Shown: positions 1 through 9,187, numbered from the stretch's first letter. The stretch: DNA of 64,000 nucleotides from an uncultured Candidatus Saccharibacteria bacterium (GCA_964649715.1 CAZYTH010000004.1:18135-82134); one strand, 5' to 3'. A program made the numbers and translations. Notes: a model not told the origin generated them from the letters alone.

Positions 1-1746
1 TTGGGTTTGGAAAAATTGGATAAGGTAAAAAGGGTTGAGGTAAAGGGAATCTATGTGAACATACTATTGAACCCTATCGTTTTTTCTTTTTTTATTAAAG
101 ATGTTTTGTCCCTAGAAGGAAAATATGGAATGTCTGATATAAATAAAGGAAAAAGTATTGTTCTTGACTATTCAAGTCCAAACATGGCGAAGCATCTTCA
201 TGCGGGACATGTTCGTTCTACAATGATTGGAGAGGTTCTTGCAGAGATATATGAGGCGACTGGATATACAGTTCACAGGTTAAACTATCTCAATGATTGG
301 GGTGGGATGGGAACTCTGATAGAAGCTTATCTGCGTTTAAAAGAAAAAAACATCTTACCAAAAACGGATTCTGAGAATGACATGTTAGATCATATTTATC
401 AGTTTGTAAGAAGGGCGGAAAAGTTTTCCACTATACATAATTTTGAAAAAATCTTAGAAGAAGATCGGTTGTGGCTTGTCGGTGTTTTTGGCGAGTTTTC
501 TGACATAGGGGAATACAAGATTAAATATAAAGAATTTAAAGAAAGGGCCAACGAAAGATTCCGTAATTTAGAAAATGGCAAAAGGGAGGAATTTGATTTG
601 TGGTTTATGATGCGCGGGTGGAGTATGAAAGAGTTCAATAAATTTTATGAACTTCTTAAGATCAATCACGACTATTTATTGGGTGAGAGTTTTTATGCAA
701 AGAAAGGGAAAGAATTTATCGCCGAAAAGATAAAGACAAATGAGGTTGTTTTATTCACCGAAGAACTTGCTCTTGTTGAGGCAAAAAAAGCTCAATTGGA
801 GTTTGAATCAGAAACAATAAAAAAGACTGTTTTAGAGAAACTTTTAGAGGAAATAAACAACGATATCGGTGCATATGTGGTAATGCTTCCTTCTGGCGCT
901 CGTTTGGTCATTATGAGGGCCGACGGAGCTACAATATATGCCACAAGAGACCTAACAAGCATAAAACACCGCCTAGAAACGTTTTATCCATCTAGGCTCG
1001 TCTACGAGGTTGGTCAAGAGCAAACAGAGCATTTTAAGCATATTTTTGAGGCCTCACTTTTAATGAATATGAATGAGGGCTCAAATATTGATTTTAAGCA
1101 CATCTCCCACGGATTTTATGTGGATGCAGAGACGGGTCGAAAACTCTCAAGTAGAGAAGGAGCACAAAATATTATTTCTCTTATTGAGGAATCAATAAAG
1201 TATTTTAGAAGCAAATATGACAAGAAAGAAGATTTTTCAAATGAAGAAAAAAATGACAACGCAAAGAAGCTTGCTATTGGGTCAATAGCTTTTAATGATA
1301 TTAAACAAGACAAAAGATTTCCAATAAAATTTTATGGGAGCATTGAAAAGAATATAAAAAATTTTGAGGAATCAGGCGGTGCGTATATTATGTATTCAAT
1401 CGCCCGTGCAAAAAGCATTTTGAAAAAATCAGACAAAAAAATTGAGGAGATTAATGTTGAAGAACTAGATCTTTCTGCTTTGGAATTGATAGAGGTCGGC
1501 TTACTCAAAAAAGTTGCTAGTCTTCCTGAAATTGTTTTGAAGGCGGGGGAGACCGACAATCCCGCAATTGTCGCGGAATTTTTGCTTAATCTTGCAAATG
1601 AATACAATAGTTATTATGAAAATCACGAGGTATTGCTCTCTGGTAAGTTGGAATATCCGCATCGTCTCTTAATTACATATGCAGTTGCCGTAGCGCTTGA
1701 AAATGGTCTTAATCTTTGTCATGCAGATGTCCCAGAGAGAATATAA
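1..1746 (+). CDS. argS: Arginine--tRNA ligase (5' end probably outside the window)
   Basis: DYSSPNMAKHLHAGHVRSTMIG (HIGH region), NDWG, YATRDL, KLSSREG, and a C-terminal DALR-type anticodon domain ending PERI. Confidence 0.95.
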   Translation: MGLEKLDKVKRVEVKGIYVNILLNPIVFSFFIKDVLSLEGKYGMSDINKGKSIVLDYSSPNMAKHLHAGHVRSTMIGEVLAEIYEATGYTVHRLNYLNDWGGMGTLIEAYLRLKEKNILPKTDSENDMLDHIYQFVRRAEKFSTIHNFEKILEEDRLWLVGVFGEFSDIGEYKIKYKEFKERANERFRNLENGKREEFDLWFMMRGWSMKEFNKFYELLKINHDYLLGESFYAKKGKEFIAEKIKTNEVVLFTEELALVEAKKAQLEFESETIKKTVLEKLLEEINNDIGAYVVMLPSGARLVIMRADGATIYATRDLTSIKHRLETFYPSRLVYEVGQEQTEHFKHIFEASLLMNMNEGSNIDFKHISHGFYVDAETGRKLSSREGAQNIISLIEESIKYFRSKYDKKEDFSNEEKNDNAKKLAIGSIAFNDIKQDKRFPIKFYGSIEKNIKNFEESGGAYIMYSIARAKSILKKSDKKIEEINVEELDLSALELIEVGLLKKVASLPEIVLKAGETDNPAIVAEFLLNLANEYNSYYENHEVLLSGKLEYPHRLLITYAVAVALENGLNLCHADVPERI

Positions 1747-1767
1747 GATAAATTATCAATTATTTAT

Positions 1768-2802
1768 ATGTCCATCGCATTTTATAGAAAATATAGGCCA
1801 AGGAATTTTAAAGAGGTTTTGGGGCAAGAGAATATAGTGTCCGCACTTGAGGGTGCGATTATTCAAGGCAAAGTTTTTCACGCTTATCTTTTTACGGGTT
1901 CGCGAGGAACAGGAAAGACGAGTATCGCAAGAATTTTTGCCAAAGAAATTGGCACCTCAGACAAGGATATCTATGAGCTTGATGCAGCCTCTAACACAAG
2001 CGTGGAGGATATTCGCGAAATCATTGAAGGTTCAAGAACCCTTCCTTTTGAATCACAAAAAAAAGTTTACATAATAGACGAGGTTCATATGCTTTCTAAA
2101 AGCGCTTTTAACGCTTTTCTGAAGACACTAGAGGAACCGCCTCAACATGTGGTTTTTGTTCTGGCGACGACAGAAACACATAAATTGCCTGCGACAGTGG
2201 TTTCAAGATGCCAATCTTTTTCCTTTAAAAAACCTTCAAATGAGATAATAAAAAAGGCGATAGAGAGAGTGGCAAAAGGTGAGGGTTACGAGATAGATAA
2301 AAATGCACTAGATTTAATTGCTACTTTGGGGGAAGGATCCTTCCGTGATGCCATCGGAATTTTTGATCAAGTTTCAAATACTGTAAAAAATAAAAAAATT
2401 AAAATAGAGGATATCGAGTCATTGACCGGAGCTCCGAGAGGGGAGATAATTCACGGAATAATAAAAGCAATATTGGATAAAGAAACTGAAGTTGCTATTT
2501 CTTTTTTGCACAAAGCGATAGAGGCAAATGTCGAGATGAAGGTTTTTTTAAGGCTTATCCTCAGGGATTTAAGAATTATTCTTCTTCTTAAGTTTGCTCC
2601 TGAGATGGGTAAAAAACTTTCAGATGAGTTATCTGAAGTGGAAGTTAAAATTTTTGAAGAAATGAAAGAACACAGAAACATTTCCATACTACCAAAAGCC
2701 CTTAGAGAGTTTATTTTTCTGCTCGGAGAAATAAATCACTCGAGCGTTTCGGAGATGCAAATAGAACTTGCGTTAATAAGTCTTTTGGGGCAAAAGGATT
2801 GA
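1768..2802 (+). CDS. dnaX: DNA polymerase III subunit gamma/tau (short form)
   Basis: YRKYRP, Walker A GSRGTGKT, DEVHML, LKTLEEPP, SRC motifs. Confidence 0.95.
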   Translation: MSIAFYRKYRPRNFKEVLGQENIVSALEGAIIQGKVFHAYLFTGSRGTGKTSIARIFAKEIGTSDKDIYELDAASNTSVEDIREIIEGSRTLPFESQKKVYIIDEVHMLSKSAFNAFLKTLEEPPQHVVFVLATTETHKLPATVVSRCQSFSFKKPSNEIIKKAIERVAKGEGYEIDKNALDLIATLGEGSFRDAIGIFDQVSNTVKNKKIKIEDIESLTGAPRGEIIHGIIKAILDKETEVAISFLHKAIEANVEMKVFLRLILRDLRIILLLKFAPEMGKKLSDELSEVEVKIFEEMKEHRNISILPKALREFIFLLGEINHSSVSEMQIELALISLLGQKD

Positions 2803-2892
2803 GTTTTGGAGATTTTGATGTTATATTTGGCGTCGTCGTGATCTGGCGGTTGACGGAGAAGCAATGTGGTTTAATTTGTAATTGTTTATAGT

Positions 2893-2963
2893 TGCGGGAT
2901 CGTCTAATGGTAGGACAGCAGCCTTTGAAGCTGTTTATCCTGGTTCGAATCCAGGTCCCGCAG
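2893..2963 (+). tRNA. tRNA-Gln (anticodon TTG), CCA not encoded
   Basis: Cloverleaf: acceptor TGCGGGA/TCCCGCA, D-loop with AATGGTA, anticodon arm GCAGC-CTTTGAA-GCTGT, T-arm CCTGG-TTCGAAT-CCAGG, discriminator G. Confidence 0.95.
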
Positions 2964-3169
2964 TCAGGAGCTTGCTGTTGAGCAGGCGAGTGATGCAGGG
3001 AAGCGAATGAACTGCTTCATTCGCGACATGGATTCGAACAGCGGAGCTATAATTTTATGAGCCTGCCTACCGGCAGGCAGGCAACTGGCGAATAAAATAG
3101 CGAGCTGGTGACCAGGCAAATTTTTTGGAAGAAAAATTTAGCCGAGGGAGAAACTCCAGGTCCCGCAGT
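2950..3169. repeat. 15-bp direct repeat of the tRNA-Gln 3' end enclosing a hairpin-rich non-coding element
   Basis: TCCAGGTCCCGCAGT at 2950-2964 and 3155-3169; internal inverted repeats at 3003-3024 and 3061-3082. Confidence 0.85.
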
Positions 3170-3195
3170 TTGTGGGTCTAGTGATATTTTTTAAA

Positions 3196-4422
3196 ATGAA
3201 GACAATAAATAAACCAGAATTACTTTCCCCAATACAAGATTATACATCGCTTACAGCTGCAATAGAAAATGGCGCTGATGCGGTTTTTTTTGGGATAAAA
3301 GGTTTCAATATGAGAGCGGGGGCGAAAAATTTTACAGAAAAAGATTTAAAAAAAATAGCGAAGATTGCACACAAAAGTAATGTGAAAGCGTATCTGGCTA
3401 TAAATATAATAATATACGAAAATGAGATCAAGAGAGTTACTGAATTATTAAAGAAGGTAAAAGAGGCGAAGATAGATGCTATTATTTGCTGGGATTTGTC
3501 GGTTATTCAAATTGCTAGAAAATTAGGAATAGAAATCCACATAAGCACCCAAGCAAGCATTGCTAATTCAATGTCAGCCGAATTTTATAGAAAGATTGGA
3601 GCCAAAAGAGTTGTTTTGGCTCGCGAATGTTCACTTGAGCAAATTAAAGAAATCAAAAAACACACAAAAGTTGAAATAGAGGTGTTTATTCATGGCGCAA
3701 TGTGTGTGTCTGTATCTGGCAGATGTTTTATGTCGCAATTCCTATATGGTAAATCTGCAAATCGCGGAGAATGTCAACAGCCATGCAGAAGAAAGTATTT
3801 AATTAAGCAAATTGATGGAGAAAAAGAGTTAGAATTGGGGGAGGACTATGTGATGAGTCCAAGAGATCTATGTACTATTAATTTTATTGAAAAAATTATT
3901 GATTCAGGGGTTTGTTCTTTAAAAATAGAGGGACGAAACAGAAGTCCTGAATATGTAGCTGTTGTTACAAAATCGTATAGGACTATTATTGATTTTATTT
4001 TTTCAGAAAAAAAACGAGGCAAGGAATTTTATGAAAAATTGGCCAGCTTAAAAGAAGAATTGAGTAAAAATCTAGAGACTGTATATCATAGGGGGCAAAG
4101 TAGCGGATTTTATTTGGGTAAACCTATGAATGAGTGGGTTGACGCTGAGGGTAATAAAGCCACAGAAAGAAAAATACAGATTGGTAAGGTCGTTGATTAT
4201 TACAAGAAAATTGGAGTTGCTGAAGTGTTGATATCAAACGGGAGTATAAAGATTGGTACGACTCTTCTCTTTCAGGGTCCAACCACGGGAAGCAAGCGAG
4301 AAAAGATAGAATTTTTGGAAATAGACCATAATTCAATTAAAAAAGCGACAAAAGGACAAACTGTTGGAGTAAAAATAAATTCATTGGTTAGAAAAAACGA
4401 TGAAGTGTATATGGTGATTTAA
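3196..4422 (+). CDS. U32-family protein (TrhP/RlhA-like RNA hydroxylation enzyme)
   Basis: PELLSP, GADAVFFG, STQAS, HGAMCVSVSGRC...NRGECQQPCR Fe-S cysteines, SLKIEGR; ATG 3196 preferred over the GTG at 3172. Confidence 0.88.
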   Translation: MKTINKPELLSPIQDYTSLTAAIENGADAVFFGIKGFNMRAGAKNFTEKDLKKIAKIAHKSNVKAYLAINIIIYENEIKRVTELLKKVKEAKIDAIICWDLSVIQIARKLGIEIHISTQASIANSMSAEFYRKIGAKRVVLARECSLEQIKEIKKHTKVEIEVFIHGAMCVSVSGRCFMSQFLYGKSANRGECQQPCRRKYLIKQIDGEKELELGEDYVMSPRDLCTINFIEKIIDSGVCSLKIEGRNRSPEYVAVVTKSYRTIIDFIFSEKKRGKEFYEKLASLKEELSKNLETVYHRGQSSGFYLGKPMNEWVDAEGNKATERKIQIGKVVDYYKKIGVAEVLISNGSIKIGTTLLFQGPTTGSKREKIEFLEIDHNSIKKATKGQTVGVKINSLVRKNDEVYMVI

Positions 4423-4548
4423 ATCTATAATGCCATTGGCGCAATTTTGAGTTATTCTTTTGTGCTTTTGGGCGTTTTTTGCATTCTCCTCTCGTTTTGT
4501 AAATTATTTGATATTGAAAAAAGTTGAGTATCTTCATAGTATATAAAT

Positions 4549-4959
4549 ATGAAGATATTTATTTGTGCCAGTAAATATAATTACCACAGGATTCCAGATA
4601 TTGCTTTAATGTTGGAAAAGAAGGGACATGTTTTAACTATGCCAAATAGCTATGATAATCCTTTTATGGAGGAAGAGATTAAAAAACTTAGTAAGGAGAA
4701 ACATATATTATGGAAGAAGGAGATGCTCAAGAAAGATGAGAAAAACATAGAACCACAGGATGCGATACTTGTTCTAAACTTTGAGAAGAATGGCATACAA
4801 AATTATATTGGTGGTGCGACTTTTTTAGAGATATATACCGCTTTTCGGTTGGGCAAAAAGATCTTTCTTTATAATCCTTTACCACAATGTCTTTTTACTG
4901 ATGAGTTGTGTGGTATTGATCCCATTATTATCAAGGGGGATTTAAATGAAATAATTTAA
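4549..4959 (+). CDS. Hypothetical protein, nucleoside 2-deoxyribosyltransferase-like fold
   Basis: KIFIC N-terminal strand and DAILVLN...YIGGATFLEIYTAF..GKKIFL, resembling the NDT G(T)xxE motif. Confidence 0.5.
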   Translation: MKIFICASKYNYHRIPDIALMLEKKGHVLTMPNSYDNPFMEEEIKKLSKEKHILWKKEMLKKDEKNIEPQDAILVLNFEKNGIQNYIGGATFLEIYTAFRLGKKIFLYNPLPQCLFTDELCGIDPIIIKGDLNEII

Positions 4960-4999
4960 TAATTTTTCGTCCGAACCTTGAGATGTACCTCTTTTTGTG

Positions 5000-5028
5000 T
5001 TGACATGTTTTTAAAATAAATATATAAC
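5000..5028 (+). promoter_or_regulatory. Sigma70-type promoter
   Basis: TTGACA (5000-5005), 17-bp spacer, TATAAC (5023-5028). Confidence 0.6.
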
Positions 5029-5155
5029 AATAAAAAATAATTCGCGTGATTGTGGTACGCAAAGGTTCTTTGGAATTTTTTAACATTAATAGTTGTGCAA
5101 AAGCTGACCATTTAAAGAACGGTTGGCTAAATTCATAAAAAAAGGGGTCAAGTCA

Positions 5156-5749
5156 ATGAGTAGAGACGTATCTCGTGATCAAGCCCTACAAATTTCCTCT
5201 CGGGTCGCAACTCAGGTTAAATGGGAAGAGCTCGATGGTGACGGTCTTCGGGAGGTAACCAATCTTTCTCCTGAGGAATTCGGCAAGAGATTCACAATTT
5301 TTCTGAAGAATGGTGCTCGTTTTCAAGTTTTTGGAAAACATACGATTGATTGTGATAAGGACCCGGTCATTCCCAGTGGGTGGTTTGTTGTTGAGCACAA
5401 GAGAGATGGACAGGTAGTATGGGATCAATCAAAAGTATCTCTCTATTTGTCTAAAGAGCAACGAGGGGGAAAAATTCAGGGCAACAAATTACACGAGGAA
5501 CTCAAAGACAAACCAGTTTTGAACGCAAACGTTCTTGATTACCTTCTTGAACATCAAGAGATTATTCCCGAAGAGTGGAAGAAAAAATCAATCTATTTTT
5601 GGGGAACGATTTTCCGTCTTTCGCTTAATGGTCCGGGCGGTTTTTATGTTCGCTTTCTTTCTTGGGATGGACTTGCGTGGAGGGATAGATGCCATTGGCT
5701 TGATTGTTTGTGGAACGAGAGTGAGCCCGCTCTTTTGATTTGTGCATAA
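5156..5749 (+). CDS. Hypothetical protein resembling CPR DGR-target-type proteins (aromatic C-terminal variable-region-like tail)
   Basis: NANVLDYLLEHQEIIPEEWK..IYFWGTIFR...YVRFLSWDG..W....WLD..WN...PAL; AAGGGG upstream of ATG 5156. Confidence 0.55.
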   Translation: MSRDVSRDQALQISSRVATQVKWEELDGDGLREVTNLSPEEFGKRFTIFLKNGARFQVFGKHTIDCDKDPVIPSGWFVVEHKRDGQVVWDQSKVSLYLSKEQRGGKIQGNKLHEELKDKPVLNANVLDYLLEHQEIIPEEWKKKSIYFWGTIFRLSLNGPGGFYVRFLSWDGLAWRDRCHWLDCLWNESEPALLICA

Positions 5750-5762
5750 GGTTGTCGTTTCT

Positions 5763-5793
5763 AGCGTTCGATATCTGTCGGACGCTTTTTTTT
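5763..5793 (+). terminator. Intrinsic terminator
   Basis: AGCGTTCGAT-ATCT-GTCGGACGCT stem with two G-U pairs, followed by a T run. Confidence 0.7.
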
Positions 5794-5871
5794 GAATAAC
5801 ATATATACTTGTAAACAAAAGATATTTTGCTGGTTGTTGAAATTGTCAAACGATAATAAATTTTAGATTTT

Positions 5872-5897
5872 AAAAACCTCCCCAAAAAGGGAGGTTT
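5872..5897 (-). terminator. Intrinsic terminator of the 5918..6160 gene
   Basis: AAACCTCCC-CAAAAA-GGGAGGTTT hairpin with an A run on its left. Confidence 0.7.
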
Positions 5898-5917
5898 AAG
5901 CTTCGTGGAGAAATGGG

Positions 5918-6160
5918 TTATATCATTAAACCCAGTTTTTGGGCGAGTGTATCTATTTTCTTTTCATTTTCAGGTTCATCACAGAAGGAGTCGTTGAAAT
6001 TTTCTACGGAGAGGATTTTTAGTACGATAGGTATGTCTTTTACTTGGAATTGATCCATTTTCATTTCCTCAATCTTGTTTCGAAGTGAAGATGTTTTTTT
6101 ATAAACTCTTTTGTGTCGTGCCTGTCTTTCTTCATAATTCTCATTTTTATTCCACAACAT
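5918..6160 (-). CDS. Hypothetical protein (80 aa)
   Basis: Intergenic ORF with GGAGG upstream and a terminator downstream; no recognisable motif. Confidence 0.65.
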   Translation of the reverse strand: MLWNKNENYEERQARHKRVYKKTSSLRNKIEEMKMDQFQVKDIPIVLKILSVENFNDSFCDEPENEKKIDTLAQKLGLMI

Positions 6161-6374
6161 CTTTACCCTCCATTTTTTTAAGAATTTTTAGATAACAGAA
6201 TAAATGTTCATCTAAGAGGGAAGGCTATCATATCGATGAAAAATATCAAATTTAGCTCGAATGGGTGAGTGAAGATGTTGGTTTATTTTTAGTCATTTTA
6301 AATTCTTTATTTTGTATCGGTGTCGTGCTAAAATATTTGGTAGAAGTTTATTATTTAATTAATCATAATTTTAC

Positions 6375-7136
6375 ATGGAAATATTTCTATTTTTTGTTTT
6401 TTGTTTTTCTTTTTTCTTATTTATGCTGGTCGTTGTAAGTATTCGTCAAATAAACCAATACGAGAGAGGTGTTAAATTTACTCTTGGGAAGTTTAGTTCA
6501 ATTATGGAGCCTGGTTGGAGATTGGTTCTTCCTATTTTTCAGGAATATCAAAAAGTTGACATAAGAGTAAAGGCGGTGGACGTACCAGATCAGAATGCGA
6601 TAACAAAAGACAATGTATCGGTTAGGGTAAACGCAGTTATTTATTATAAGGTTAGTGATGCAGAAAAGGCGATTGTTGAAGTGGAAAATTTCAGATACGC
6701 AATATCTCAATATGCGCAAACCACAATGAGGAATATTGTGGGAGAGGTGACACTAGACGAGTTGCTTTCAAACAGAGATAAGATTGCTGAGAGAATAAGA
6801 GAAATTGTTGACAAAGAGACAGATGCGTGGGGTTTGAAAGTGCAGAATGTTGAGTTAAAAGATGTAAGCCTTCCGCCAGAAATGGAAAGAACAATCGGCA
6901 AGCAGGCGGAAGCAGAAAGAGAGAAGAGGGCGGTTATTATCAATTCAGAAGGAGAATTGGCGGCATCACAAAATATCGCTAAGGCTGCTGAGATGTTATC
7001 CGCTACCCCAGGGGCGATTCATTTGAGGACGCTTCAATCTATAAACGATATGTCTTCAGATCAAAGCAACACAGTGGTATATATGATCCCGATGGAGCTC
7101 TTGAGGGCTTTGGAAGGTTTCTCTAAAAAACAATAA
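6375..7136 (+). CDS. SPFH/band 7 (stomatin/slipin-like) membrane protein
   Basis: N-terminal TM, QYERGVKFTLG, ITKDNVSVRVNAV, AQTTMRNIVG, QAEAEREKRA. Confidence 0.93.
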   Translation: MEIFLFFVFCFSFFLFMLVVVSIRQINQYERGVKFTLGKFSSIMEPGWRLVLPIFQEYQKVDIRVKAVDVPDQNAITKDNVSVRVNAVIYYKVSDAEKAIVEVENFRYAISQYAQTTMRNIVGEVTLDELLSNRDKIAERIREIVDKETDAWGLKVQNVELKDVSLPPEMERTIGKQAEAEREKRAVIINSEGELAASQNIAKAAEMLSATPGAIHLRTLQSINDMSSDQSNTVVYMIPMELLRALEGFSKKQ

Positions 7137-7164
7137 TCATTCTCTGTATTTTATATCGTTTTTT

Positions 7165-7192
7165 AAAATACCACACTGTGTGGTATTTTTTT
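7165..7192 (+). terminator. Intrinsic terminator
   Basis: AAAATACCACA-CTG-TGTGGTATTTT followed by T. Confidence 0.7.
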
Positions 7193-7229
7193 ATTGCCTG
7201 AACGTTAATTTTTGTTGTATACTTAAAAA

Positions 7230-7880
7230 ATGTTTTTTGAGGATATCGGATATCATGATAATAATTATAAAAACAGGCTTACGGTGTCTATCTGTTATTT
7301 GCTACGTTTTGTTGTCTTTATTTCATCGTTTATATTTTTTGGATGGGGTAATTGGGAGTCAGCAACAATCGCATTAATAATATTTGTGTTGATGATATTG
7401 CCTTCAATCGCAAAAGAACGTTACCATTTTTATCTCCCTTTTACATTAGAAATAGGAATTGTTTTTTTTATTTTCATTACTCTTTTTTTGGGACATATGG
7501 CTGAATTTTATGACTACATACCACTGTGGGATAAATTTGCTCATTTTCAGTCAGGTATTTTGCTTGGCATAACTGGCTTTATCCTTGTATATATCTTTAA
7601 CGAGAATAAGAAGATGAAAATAGACTTAAGCCCCTCTTTTGTTTCCTTTTTTGCAATCGCATTTTCTCTGGCCATCGGAGCCGTTTGGGAAATGGTAGAA
7701 TTTGTGGGTGATAGTTATTTTAATACAGCATGGCAATTAAACAATTCCGACACAATGTGGGATCTTATTGCTGCCGGCATCGGTTCGCTCATTGTTAGTA
7801 TTTTAGGGTATTTTTGGATGAACCTACACAATAGAATACCGTTTACACCTAAATTTTTAAGTTTCTTTAGAAAAAAATAA
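7230..7880 (+). CDS. Multi-pass membrane protein (DUF2238-like)
   Basis: About 6 hydrophobic segments; WDKFAHF, WEMVEF, DTMWDL motifs. Confidence 0.7.
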   Translation: MFFEDIGYHDNNYKNRLTVSICYLLRFVVFISSFIFFGWGNWESATIALIIFVLMILPSIAKERYHFYLPFTLEIGIVFFIFITLFLGHMAEFYDYIPLWDKFAHFQSGILLGITGFILVYIFNENKKMKIDLSPSFVSFFAIAFSLAIGAVWEMVEFVGDSYFNTAWQLNNSDTMWDLIAAGIGSLIVSILGYFWMNLHNRIPFTPKFLSFFRKK

Positions 7881-7890
7881 CTTTTAAAAA

Positions 7891-8307
7891 ATGATAAAAT
7901 TTTTTAGAAATTTTATAATATTATTTATTTTTATATCTGGTGCGAGTTTTATTTTGTCAAAAGAGCCGTCGGTGTGTCTTGGTAGCGAATGTTTTTTAGA
8001 CACTTCATCTACTGAGGATGTTCAATCTGCTGTTGCCTCTGGCGAGATAACCTTAATTGATGTTAGAGAAAAAAGCGAATGGGATGAAGGACATATCGAG
8101 GGTGCTGTCTTTTTACCATTGGGTAATATCAAAAAAGACAGCGTTTCTGAATATGATAAACAAAAAAAGTTTTATGTTTATTGTCGTTCTGGAAGTAGAG
8201 CGGGTATTGCAGTTGAGAGGATGAAAGAACTTGGTTTTGAAAACGTGGCAAGTTTGGGCGGGGTTCTTGATTGGAAAAAAAATGGTGGGTTTTTGGTTAA
8301 AGATTAG
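7891..8307 (+). CDS. Rhodanese-like domain protein with N-terminal signal/TM
   Basis: LIDVRE..EW..GHIEGA, YCRSGSRA active-site loop. Confidence 0.92.
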   Translation: MIKFFRNFIILFIFISGASFILSKEPSVCLGSECFLDTSSTEDVQSAVASGEITLIDVREKSEWDEGHIEGAVFLPLGNIKKDSVSEYDKQKKFYVYCRSGSRAGIAVERMKELGFENVASLGGVLDWKKNGGFLVKD

Positions 8308-8336
8308 TATTGTTATTTGTTGATTTTTTATAAAAA

Positions 8337-8639
8337 ATGAAAGATTTTGTTAATTTTATTAGAGAGCAAGGTGTTGTCGGTCTGGCCGTCGGTTTTATTT
8401 TGGGTGGCGCTGTTTCAAAAGTTGTAACAGCTCTTATAAATGATATTGTTAATCCAGTCCTCGGTATTGTTTTGGGGTTGGCTGGTGATCTTAGGGTAGC
8501 ATCTTTGAGTATCGGTCCAGCTAAGATCCTTTACGGTGATTTTATAGCTGTTTTGATTGATTTTATTGTGGTCGCTTTGGTTGTTTATTTTGGTGTAAGG
8601 GTTATTGGTATTAATAATTTAGATAAAAAGAAAGAATAA
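8337..8639 (+). CDS. mscL: Large-conductance mechanosensitive channel (short)
   Basis: F..FI..QGVVGLAVGFILG.A..KVV.ALINDIVNP, YGDFI..LIDF. Confidence 0.88.
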   Translation: MKDFVNFIREQGVVGLAVGFILGGAVSKVVTALINDIVNPVLGIVLGLAGDLRVASLSIGPAKILYGDFIAVLIDFIVVALVVYFGVRVIGINNLDKKKE

Positions 8640-8644
8640 ATTTT

Positions 8645-9118
8645 ATGGGAAAATATTTTAGAGTAATAATTTTTTTTACAATATTTGTAGCAATTGTTTC
8701 TTTTATCTTTTCTTTATCAAAGAAGATTGATTCACCCGATAATATTGTCGGTGGGGATAGAGATGAACATGGATGTATCGGTTCGGCTGGTTATTCTTGG
8801 TGTGAACCGAAACAAAAATGTATTCGTGTCTGGGAGGAGTCTTGCGAACAGAATAGTGGCGGGTTGTCAAAATGTGGAATTGAAAATTGCCATGGATTGG
8901 AAATAAAATGCGGTTCTGAACCAGCTGAGATGTGCACCGCAATGTATGCAATAGGTGATAAATGCAGGCAATATGCTTCTTGCGGTTTTGTTGATGAAAA
9001 TTGCGTACAGATACAATATCCAAGATTTGAATCTTGCAAAAAATGCGTAGAAGAATGTATCTTTAAATACGACGGTGAAGAAACGACAGAAATATTTGAT
9101 TGCGAAAGTAAGTGTTAG
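8645..9118 (+). CDS. Membrane-anchored cysteine-rich protein
   Basis: N-terminal TM; VGGDRDEHGCIGSAGYSWC module plus CGIENCHG module; 16 Cys. Confidence 0.75.
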   Translation: MGKYFRVIIFFTIFVAIVSFIFSLSKKIDSPDNIVGGDRDEHGCIGSAGYSWCEPKQKCIRVWEESCEQNSGGLSKCGIENCHGLEIKCGSEPAEMCTAMYAIGDKCRQYASCGFVDENCVQIQYPRFESCKKCVEECIFKYDGEETTEIFDCESKC

Positions 9119-9126
9119 CTATCTGT

Positions 9127-9160
9127 AAAAGCCCCGAAATATCTTCGGGGCTTTTATTTT
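9127..9160 (+). terminator. Intrinsic terminator
   Basis: AAAAGCCCCGAA-ATATC-TTCGGGGCTTTT. Confidence 0.8.
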
Positions 9161-9187
9161 TTGCACTTAAAATATAAGATGTCTTTT

